Assembly: GCF_006345805.1 (NCBI RefSeq)
Contig: NC_043014.1
Span: forward strand, 5,952,001-6,016,000
From: Octopus sinensis
Lineage: Eukaryota
DNA: 64,000 bases
Direction: 5' to 3'
Below are positions 53,815 through 64,000 of this stretch, one piece after another (the first letter of the stretch is position 1; the number at the start of each line of letters is the position of its first letter). Made by a program: the position numbers and the translations under genes. The notes beneath the pieces are model-generated. The model had not been told where the DNA came from. It searched no databases and saw only the letters and a list, made by a program, of their open reading frames with translations.

Positions 53815-54030
53815 ATATGTGACCGCGTGTGTATCGTTGGCGATTTTCTTTCTCCGTCTTCCCTTCCTTGGACCTTTCCCTTTTCCATTTTTCTGACGGA
53901 GAGCTCCGCTTGAAATGTTAAATCCTCCTTCTTTCTTTCCTTTCCTTTCCTGAGCGTCCAATAACACTACTTGTTCCTCGCGTTGTTTGTCTTTTCACTT
54001 TGTTCATGCTTGGATTAACTACACACACAC
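53815..54030 (+). repeat. Pyrimidine-rich island in (AT)n with a decayed minimal hammerhead-like motif
   Basis: ctgacgg-a-gagc-tcc-gctt-gaaa at 53893-53915; the core is mutated. Confidence 0.35.
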
Positions 54031-54032
54031 AC

Positions 54033-54152
<120 letters not shown>

Positions 54153-54258
54153 CATTCATACATATATATATATATATTATATTTATATATATATATATAA
54201 ATAAATATATATATAAATATAATATATATATGTATGTATATATATATATACGTATATA

Positions 54259-54298
<40 letters not shown>

Positions 54299-54331
54299 TA
54301 TATATATAATATTATATATATTATATTATAT

Positions 54332-54400
<69 letters not shown>

Positions 54401-54409
54401 CATATGATT

Positions 54410-57400
54410 GATTGATTGATTCTAGTTTCAGCTTATGAGCTGTGGCCATGCTGGGGCACCGCCATTTGGTGTTGCTACTTGGTTTCACTTCACGAAAGCT
54501 TTCTAGCAACTGCCATTTGGTGCATGAGAGAGTTCGATGCAGCTGCCCTCATCTCCCCTCCTGCCGTGAAGTTGGTTCATCTGGGACACCTGACAGGAAG
54601 AGATCCAGCTTCATTTTAAAGACATCTGCATCCACCCCATGCAGGTCTCTCAGGTTCTTCGGGAGGATATTGAAGAGCTGTGGGCCGCGGAAGCCCAGGC
54701 TATCACAGAATCTTGTCCTACATCTTGATGGCAAGTTTGGAGTCCTAGGCACCACGCAGTGGCGCCCAGTTCTGGCATTTGCGTAACTCTCGATGCCAAA
54801 GTTCAGGACACTTCCCTCCAGGATCTTCCAGATGTATATTATGTCATATCTTTCCCGCCTACGCTCCAGGGAATATAGTTTTAATCTCTTGAGTCTTTCC
54901 CAGTAGCTTACATTCTGCATAGAGGCTATCTTCTTCGTGTAGCTACGTTGGATCGCCTCGAGCTCTATGATCAACTTGACACTGGATGGTGACCATAACT
55001 GAGAGCAGTAGTCAAAGTGGCTTAGGACAAGTGTCCTCCAGAGGACCATCATGGTTTCTTGTTCTCTTGTTCTAAAGGTTCTGAGGATCCATCCGGCCAG
55101 TCGTCTACATTTCATTGCCAATTTAGCAACATGTACACGAAAGGTCGCGTCATCACTCATGTAAATACCTAGGTCACGCACTGATTGTGCCTCTGGGATT
55201 GCTATTCCTCCGGGTCCAGTGTATTCATTGGGTATTGCATTTAGTTTTGCATGCTGATAGTATAGAGCTTGAAACTTTTCAGCATTGAACTGCATGCTAT
55301 TCTTTTCGGCCCACTTGTATATTTTGTCTAGCTCACATTGCAGGTGTTTAGTGTCCTCAGGGTTCTGTATTGCCTGTGAAACTTTTGTATCATCTGCATA
55401 ACTTGTGATCGTGGCTCTCTGCGTGGCTGAGGGCATGTCTGAGAGGGCCATTATGAACAGTAGTGGTCCCAGAACAGTGCCCTGCGGAACACCGCTCACT
55501 ATTTGCGTGTTAATGGAAGTGGCCCCATTGGCCACTACCACCTGACTTCTATCTTTCAGAAAGTCATGAAGCCATTCTCCCAGTTTTCCAACTATGTTGA
55601 GATCACGCAGTTTGTGACATATCATTCCATGATCGACTTTATCAAAGGCCTTTGCAAAGTCGAGATATATCACTTCCACATTTGAGTGGTTGAGCAGCCG
55701 TTTCAGCACCCAGTCATAGTGTTGTAGGAGCTGAGTTAAACAGCTTCTCCCTGGTCGGAAACCATGTTGGGTGTCGGGCAGCAAGTCATTCTCTTCAAGG
55801 AAGGTAATCAGCTTCCTTCTGACTATTCGTTCCATGACCTTGCTGATGTGTGAGGTCAGAGAGATAGGTCTATAGTTCTTGGCTTCCGCTCTGCTACCTC
55901 CTTTATGAATGGGGCATATTTTACCTTCCTTCAGTTTTCTTGGAAGTTTGCCAGCTGCAAGGAAGCTCTGAAAGAGGAACTGCAGTGGTCTTGCTAGGAC
56001 TTTCTTACATGCTTTTAGGAGGATTGCCGGGAATCCATCGGGGCCAGTAGCTGAGTCTGTTTTCATTTCATCTATAGCCTTGATTACATCGTCTTCCTTT
56101 ATATCGATGTAATCTATCGTCGCCGCCTCTGATTTTATATCTGCAGTGGTAAAAAAGTCAGTTGGATTGGTGATTTGGAGATGCCCAAGGGGTGGAGTGA
56201 AAACACTCTTGAATTGCTCATTCAGTATTTCACTTACCCTCATTGGTTTTCCTGTAAGTGTGCCATCCTTTTCGAGGAGTGGCCCTATTCTACAGTGCAC
56301 CGTAGCTGTTTCTTTGGCATACCTGTAGAAAGCTCTGGGGTTAGATTTTATGTTGTCTATAGCCCAGGCTTCTTTGTATGCTCTTTCCTTTTCATGGGAG
56401 AGTTGCAGACATTTCCAACAGTTTTATTTTTAGGCGGGACTTTTCACTGCTTTCAATCTGTTTGTTTAGGCGATTTGAAATTTTTATACGCCGTCTCATT
56501 AAAATTTTCCTCTCTCTGGGGATTTTGTTCTTGTGTACAGTGGCCTTTCTCTCTGGGACACATTTGTAGCATATGGCTTGCATTACAGACATGAATTGTT
56601 GAAGTTTCACGTCGATGTCTGGCGAGGAGAGACATTTAGGCCAGTTTTGTTTGAGGATCTCTTTCTCAATTTGTTTCCAGTTTGCCTTATGGTAGTTCAA
56701 GCTGGAAAGATTCTGAGGGTTTCTTGTAGGCTGCATGTCCGTGCTCTCTTTTGGCCCGTACATGGTCAGCTCTATCATGTTGTGATCCGAGAGTAGTGTC
56801 GGTGTCACTTTCACATTATGGATGAGACCCATGTCATTTGTGAAGCAGAGATCCAGTGTGTTACCTGCCCTGGTTGGTTGGAGTATTATCTGCTCCATGT
56901 ACAGGGTGTTGATGAGGTTCAGGAGGGACCTCGCCTGTCCTCGTTCACATCTTGTCATTCCTGGGAGAGAAAGGCCCTCGGGCCATCTGACATTGGGCAG
57001 ATTGAAGTCTCCCATAAGAAGTACACTTATGTGTTGTTCTAATGTGGTTAGAACTTCTTCTATTTTTATAAGGCAGTCTTCAAACTTGGCCACATGGCTT
57101 GGGGCATCTGGAGGGCGATATGTAGCACACACAACTACATCAAGTTGCCTAATATGTACAATTAGTGTGCCACACACCGAGTTTGAGTATGACAAGAGGA
57201 CCTGGGGTGTGAGGTCCTCACGGATGTACATAGCAACACCTCCATGACTCCTTTCTTTCCTGTCGGTCCGTAGTACAGCATACTGTGGTATGTGTAACTC
57301 CGCATCTGCTATATCCGGTTTCAGGTGCGTTTCCGTTAGTGCTATGCATAAGGCTTGATTGCATGCAACAAAATCTCTCAGGAACGGGATTTTTGTCCTG

Positions 57401-57735
57401 TTACTGAGTGTTTGCAGTCCTCTGATGTTCAGTAGGAGCATCGAGGTGAGGTGTACGTTGTTGCCGGTGGTGTCCATCCTGGGTCTGTTTGCTGTGGTGG
57501 TCTGGTATATAGTGGGTAGTCCCACCTGCGGGCTTGGGTTTGATGAAGCCAGGTCAGCTGCTGTACAATCTTTTGTGCCATGCACAAAAAAGATTGTTGC
57601 TCAGCAGCTGCCCTTTCGACAACATCATGTTGGTGGTTTGTGGCACGCACAACATCTGCGTACCTCCGCTTTGGAGCAAGTGGTGCGTGGTCCATCCCTT
57701 TTCCTTGTGTTGATGGTTTGTCCATCAACACAACT
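54410..57735 (-). mobile_element. CR1-like LINE, 5'-truncated in ORF1, ORF2 split by one frameshift
   Basis: APE (LLNIRGL, ALTETHL, GDFNLP, SDHN) 56392-57585. RT (NYRPISLTS, YLDFAKAFDKV, GVPQGTVLGPLLF, YADD) 54549-56300. The 3' end has an (ATCA)n tail. Confidence 0.92.
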
Positions 57736-58149
57736 ATATATATATAGTCTCCCTCGTTTACATTATGTAACTTAACGGGCCTGGACAGGTAAACCGATAC
57801 GGCAAATAGCAGGGTGAAAAGAAAATAAGTTCTGGGTGGGGATTAGTTCCACTAAAAATTAGTCAAGGCTGCAGTCTAATGACTGAAATATTGAAAAAGA
57901 TTTTAAAATCTTTATTTATACATGCACACAGAAACTCACACACAGTTGTGTGTGTGCGTGTACATATATATTGGTGAGAATTTTTAGCGTTCGATTTCCA
58001 TATTCACATAAAATACTTTACGGTTGTTCTGAAGAATCCAATAGCGAATGACGACTTCAATGAATTATAATTCGCGACTATTGTCTGTACATTTGTTGGT
58101 TGAACGTAGCAGTCCCCACACTGAATATTTAAACAGTTTCCCAGAATTA

Positions 58150-58500
58150 ACAAATATAATTAAATAATGACATTAGGAAAAACGTATATCATAATATATC
58201 TATAAACTGGAACCCTTATTTCACTTTACTAGTTTCTATCAATCATTAAAATATTTTGCTAATTATTGTGTGACTATATCAAACTACCTCTTTCCAATAA
58301 TTAAACCTGTCAGATAAGTTCACACCCACTTTACAGTGACAGCAATCCTATTGGTTCATAAATTTTCCAATAATTAAACCTGTCAGATAAGTTCACACCC
58401 ACTTTTACAGTTCCACCAATCGCATTGGTTCATAAATTTACGATAAGATCTATGCCAGAGCTGGGTTGTTGTGCGCTCAATAAATACGTGGAATTCAGTT
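58150..58500 (+). promoter_or_regulatory. Putative promoter of gene copy 4 with an internal ~73-bp tandem duplication
   Basis: Homologous to 25920-26200. The unit tttccaataattaaacctgtcagataag...attggttcataaat occurs at 58291-58363 and 58364-58437. Confidence 0.55.
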
Positions 58501-58584
58501 ACAGGTCTTCAGCTTAAACCTCGCATCTCGATCTTTTGTTGAAGCCACACGAAGTATCACGTACGACCGACAACTGTCACCAGA

Positions 58585-58728
58585 ATGGATTTCGCACAAC
58601 TGTCCAGGAATATTTCGCAGCGTTATTCCATTTCTTCTCTCATAGCTTTTGGGGTTCTTCTCGTTCTGACGATCGTGATTCTTCATCAAGATTCAAGAAT
58701 AAGAAAAATGGAAGAGACATGAAAAGCA
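58585..58728 (+). pseudogene. Exon 1 of gene copy 4 with a premature stop
   Basis: MDFAQLSRNISQRYSISSLIAFGVLLVLTIVILHQDSRIRKMEET then TGA (58720-22); donor GTAACT. The rest of the gene is beyond the Tx1 element or the window edge. Confidence 0.75.
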
Positions 58729-58766
58729 GTAACTTATGCATTTTGTGTTATATATGTATATATATG

Positions 58767-58801
<35 letters not shown>

Positions 58802-58838
58802 GTGTGTGTGTGTGGTGTGTGTGTGTGTGTGTGTGTGT

Positions 58839-58902
58839 AATTTAATAAGGGTAGAAATTGATATTGGTTTTAATTTATTAATATCCATTTCTACCCTTAT
58901 TA

Positions 58903-58906
<4 letters not shown>
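58839..58906. repeat. 27-bp inverted repeat (one mismatch) inside a microsatellite
   Basis: aatttaataagggtagaaattgatatt / aatatccatttctacccttattaaatt. Confidence 0.9.
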
Positions 58907-58986
<80 letters not shown>

Positions 58987-59109
58987 GTATGTATGTAGGT
59001 ATGTATGTATGTATGTATATATATGTACGTATATATATGTATGTATGTATATATATGTGTGTGTGTGTATGAATATACAATACACAGGTATGTGTGTATG
59101 TATTCATGC

Positions 59110-59165
59110 ATCTTTGCGGACAGACAGACAGACAGATAGACAGATAGATAGACAAATAGACAGAC

Positions 59166-59220
<55 letters not shown>

Positions 59221-59229
59221 TAGACAGAC

Positions 59230-59292
<63 letters not shown>

Positions 59293-59301
59293 CAGATAGA
59301 C

Positions 59302-59336
<35 letters not shown>

Positions 59337-59389
59337 AAGACAGACAGACAGACAGACAGATAGACAGATAGATAGACAGATAGATAGAC

Positions 59390-59466
<77 letters not shown>
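59110..59466. repeat. (GATA/GACA)n microsatellite
   Basis: Direct reading. Confidence 0.95.
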
Positions 59467-62400
59467 ACTTTCTTTTATTAGCCACATAGGGCTGAATACA
59501 GAGGGGACAAATACAAATGCAGAGCTTTTCTTTTCGAGGGTGGAAAAAAAAGAAAAGAAATCGTGAATCACAGAAGTAATGATAAAAACATTGATATAAC
59601 AAGATTGGGTTCATCCGTGGGAAGAAAAGCCTACAGAAAAGACCACGGGAACCTCAGTCAGGGAGGAAATAACCACATGAGAGCAAAATGCTCTCTCTCT
59701 TTCTTTTTTTACGATCTACAGGATCATGCTCAAAATGGTTTCGTCACTCTCACGCACCATCTTTGCAACATTCACCCATCTTTTTTTGAATCTTTCGCGA
59801 GACAAAACTTCCCTCTCCATTCTCACCTTCCTTTTCAAGTGGTACTTGAAAAAGTTGATGAGCGATTGGCCAGAGAGGTAAGTGTTTGTCTCTAATCCTT
59901 TCGCTCGGGTCCACCACACACATTCTTTCACCATGGCCACCAGTACGATGAAAACTGCCTTGCTTTCCCGGTTGAGGGAAGGGGGCGGAGCAACTCCCAC
60001 GATAGACTCGGCCGATAGGCGGATTCGTCCCACACGTGACAGCAGCCGTTCGGCATAAGCCCACAGGTCTGAAATGGTTGGACATTGCACGAGTGCGTGC
60101 AGAACGGTTTCGTCGCTCTGACCGCATCTCGGGCAAGTCGGTCTAGTGTGTCTGGAACCGTGTCTGTAGAGCTTATCCCGAACAGGTAATGCTTCTCGAT
60201 AGCACTGCCAGGCCAGGGATCTTTTGTGATTGTTCATAGGTCCCGGCCCGAAAGTTGTCCTGAACAGGCGGGTCAGGTGTTCCTCGTCGACACCCAGACT
60301 CTGCCCGAGTTCGTCGTCGCACCTCCCCTCCACTAATCCTCTATAGAATGCCTTCGTTGTGATGGAGTCGCGCAAGTTCGATCCCGGACGGCAAAGTTGC
60401 TTGAGAGCAACGCGACACTCGCGGTGCCATTCGCCTAGCCTCGGTCTCTGCTTGATCCATGACTGTAGTTCGTCCAAGGAGACGAGCTGCGGGAAAGCGC
60501 GCTGCACAAAAGGCGACCACACCTGTTCACCGTTGTCTATGAAGCGCCGGAGATGTCGCAGTCTCAGCGCATGTCTGCGCATCATCAACCACGGCATGCC
60601 CACCCCTCCATTTAGCGGGTATTGACAGCAAATGGATCGCCTAACCATCGGAACGTTTCCCTTCCACAGGAAGCGGAAGAGTATACGTTCCAGTTTGGTG
60701 ATGGTAGGGTCGGGACAAGGCACGACGGTCAGACGATACTCGATGACGGATGCGATGTATGCGTTCGCCACCTCCGCCCGACCTTTTAGGGATAGCTTTC
60801 TCTCAGCCCATTTCTGGGTGAGAGTGGCCACCCTAGTCGTTATCTCGCCCCAGTTCTTCTCCACTTGGAGGTCCGGACCGAACCAGACCCCGAGCAATTT
60901 AACCGGTCCGTCCGTCCAGCGTCCCACGATGGAGACGCTGTTGGACGGCATGGGCCTGCTTCTCCAGGTGCCGAGCCGCAAGCCCACTGACTTTTCCCGG
61001 TTAATTTTTGCTCCCGTTACCGCTTCGTATTCTTTTAGTGTCTCGCCGACCAGCTCGATGTGCTGGTAGCTCGACACTATGACGGTGACGTCATTCGCGT
61101 ATGCAGACACGCTCCTCCCGCATCCCAGCTCCCGTGGGATGCCCCTCAGCGTCGCCAGTTTCCGCAGTAGTAGCTCAAGAGTCAATACATACAGCAGCGA
61201 TGAGAGGGGGCATCTCTGACGAACCGAACGCATGATGTTAAAAGGTCTGGATAGATGACCATTTACGCGAACTACTGAGCGGATGCCGCTGTATAAGGCA
61301 GCGACCCAACCGCGGAAAACTGGACCGAAACCAGCCGCTTTGAGGACAGCCTCCAAGTAGTGATGGTCTACCCTATCGAAAGCTTTTGATTGATCCAAAT
61401 TGATCAGCGCCCCACCCATGCCAGGATTCTTGACTACCATGTCTCTGATGTAGTGCATCAGATGGAGGTTGTCATGAATACTTCTACCCGGCACGGCGCA
61501 TGTTTGCGCCTTGTCGACTAGTTTCTTGATGACAAGCGCCAACCTCTCGGCTAACACCTTGGCCAAAATTTTCAAATCTGCGTTGAGCAGAGTGATGGGC
61601 CTGAAATTATCTATGACGTCCCCCTTGTTTGGGTCTTTCTTAATCAGTGCCACTGCTCTTCGCTTTACAAAAGCAGGGATACTCCCGTTTTGCTGCCAGT
61701 TGCACTAGACAGCTACCAAGACGCCTCCAAACAAGTCTGGCATATGACAATAAAGTTCGTAGGGCAGACCATCCAAGCCTGGTGACTTGCCTCTCGCGCA
61801 GCCCTCCATCGCATCCTGTACGTCCGCAGCTGTGATAGGCCTTTCACAAGACTCCACCTCTCTTGCTGAGAGTCGTGGCAAGGCATGCAGGTAGGCACTA
61901 AAGTCTACTCTGCGTTCTGACCCACCACTTGTCCCAAACAGTTGGGTGAAGTGTTGTTGAAAAGCCCCACACATCCTTTTAGGCTCGAGCAATTCGCGCC
62001 CCTGTTCATCTGTGAGAGACTTGATGGTGGCTCTGTTGCCTCGTTGCGTCTCCACCACTCGGGCCTCTTGGGCGGCTCCAACTCCTTCGTTCCTCAGAGC
62101 ACACATCCTAGCTCTGACAACGCATCCTTCGTGTTTGGCGTTGAGGTGTTGGTCGAGGGCCAATCTCGTTGCCAGTACGTTGGACGCGATGCCAGTTCTA
62201 AGTGCCTCTTCTAAAACCTTAACTAATTCTCCCTCTATTCTATTTCGGTCTAATGCTAGGGCTTTACTGTATCTGACTGATTCTGCTTTAATTGCTTTTT
62301 TTTAGGGCATACCACCATCTGTTGTTGATGATGGTACCCGTCAAAGCTCTCTTAACTAATGTGCTGATCCGGTCCCTGTAAACCTGTCGTGCTGTAAAAG

Positions 62401-64000
62401 ACGCGTTCAGCTTCCAGTAACTAGGACCCTGCCTATGTGTCTTATCTAAGTCAAGTGTACAAGTCACAAACTTGTGATCTGTGTAACTGACTATATGAAA
62501 TTGTGGACAACCTACACTATTTTTATCTATTGTCCTACAGAATACTCTATCTAAGTATGATCTGGACGACCCGATGCGGTTACTCCATGTCCACATTGGC
62601 ACATTCGGGTGGTCCAGTCGGTACCTGTCAGACAGTTGGAAACGTCTGAGCAGGTCTTTGAGGCATTTGCATCCCCTTCTATTGCTATCTCTGCCCACGT
62701 AGTCTAGATGCGTGTCCAGGGTGGCATTCCAATGCCCCACTAAAAGTAAAGGACGAGACGTTCCCATGAAAGACTCTAGACGTCGAAAGAAATCTGGTCG
62801 GCCTGTTAAGGACGGTGCATAAACTGTTATCAGTCGAAAAGCACACTCATTGCTGCCATCGACACCCAAAACGACCAGCCTAACCTCCGGGTCTAGGAAA
62901 ATTGCTCTTACTTTGAGGTCCAGACTCTTCCGGAGAAGCACCGCGGTGCCACCTCCGCCCATTCTCGGTAGACACGGAGAAAAATAAATGTTGAAATGTG
63001 TGCCGAACATGTGCTGGAGTGCCCGCGAGCTGTGGAGTCTGGTCTCACTGATGGCTATGATATGCAGATTTAGTGACTTGATATCATTTAACAGGTAGCC
63101 TTGTTTCCAAGACGACCCCAAGCCACGTACATTTATACTGCCTATTTTGAGCATGTTCCAATAAAAATTGTGTTTAACACACGAAAAGAAAGTGCAAAAA
63201 AAGAAAGAGAGAGAGAGAGAAAAGGTTACTTGTCCGAAAGTCCTTTGTTTTTCACCTCACAGTCTTCTGCCATGAGGTTTTTATACAGTTTCTTTGATAG
63301 GTATTTTTGAAATCTCCCTACTGCATCAGGGTAGAGAGATTTCAGGGTGCTGTGTGTGTTACATGTATTATTTTAATGTGTTGTGGTGGTGTTGTGCGTG
63401 GGTGGTTATTTGTTTTTATGTCGTTTTCAGTTATGTTGGTGTTTGACCTAATGTATTCCATTAGGTCGTGGTTGTTTGTGTTTATGGCTGTCAACATTGA
63501 TGATGGTTTGATGATGGTGTGTTTGCGTTGATGTGTTCGTTTTCTGTTGATGTTTTTGTTTCGAGAGTGGTGAATCTTCCTGCTTTGTTTGTTATCTTTT
63601 CTATTCTTTCTTTTCCTCTTTTTCTCCCCCCCCCCTGTGGCTATTTGCCAATCCTCTGTGTCTTCTTCATCTAATGACAAGTCAGAGGAATCAGAGAGTG
63701 GAGGGGAAAAGTATTGGGGTCTATTTTAGACTGTGTTGATTTTGTTGTTGGTGTTGGTTGGTGAGCGTTAGGTTGTGGTGTATGCTGTTTTGGAGGTGGG
63801 GTGTGGGTATTTTGTGTTTGAGTGATTGTAGGTATTGTTGTGTTGTTTGGGGTGTCAGTTTTGTGGGGATTTGGAGTGGTAATTGTTTCTTCATTTTCGA
63901 TGCTTGTCTTTTTGGTAGATGTTCTTGGTTTGGGAGTTGGTTTATTCTTGGTTGTTGTTGTTGGTGTTGTTTCTGTTCTTGGTGCAGTTGGTGGTGTTGT
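59467..64000 (-). mobile_element. Tx1/L1-clade LINE, inactivated, continues past the window
   Basis: APE (MLKIGSINVRGL, ISETRL, VYAP) 62288-63154. RT (FRPITLLNADLKILAK, LDQSKAFDRV, YAND in place of YADD) plus CPRC...HALVQC knuckle 59716-61653. ORF1 C-terminus >63342. AATAAA just before the 3' end. Confidence 0.92.

Noticed and set aside
58952-59614. 220-aa minus-strand ORF
   Set aside because: Composed of Tx1 3' UTR plus (TATC)n translation.

Overview
This is eukaryotic, very repeat-rich DNA. The SINE types, (AT)n density and LINE set look like an octopod cephalopod genome, which is an inference. The only host gene family I can support is a cluster of four paralogues encoding a small type II membrane (signal-anchor) protein with a spongin short-chain collagen C4 / collagen IV NC1-related C-terminal domain and no real Gly-X-Y helix. 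Copy 1 (minus strand, exons 9585-9728, 2925-2973, 136-210) runs off the left edge. Copy 2 (minus strand, 25873 to 18282) splices to about 256 aa if a weak donor is used. Copy 3 (plus strand, 47664-49814) is a 5'-truncated pseudogene. Copy 4 (plus strand, exon 1 at 58585) has a nonsense codon and runs off the right edge. The rest is transposable elements and microsatellites: RTE remnants duplicated with the gene, two head-to-tail R4/Dong-like RLE LINEs between (TAA)n tracts, a near-intact CR1-like LINE, a Tx1-like LINE at a (GATA)n tract, Helitron, Tc1, hAT and piggyBac-like pieces, and tRNA-derived SINEs. The most interesting unannotated signals are several Penelope-type type I hammerhead ribozyme motifs (one with a complete core at 6260-6350), a 148-bp near-perfect fold-back, a pre-miRNA-like hairpin, a duplicated micro-exon and an inverted SINE pair. 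Most short ORFs in the supplied track are microsatellite translations or shadows of transposon ORFs. No computation or database search was run; coordinates were read by hand and the fuzzy element edges are approximate.
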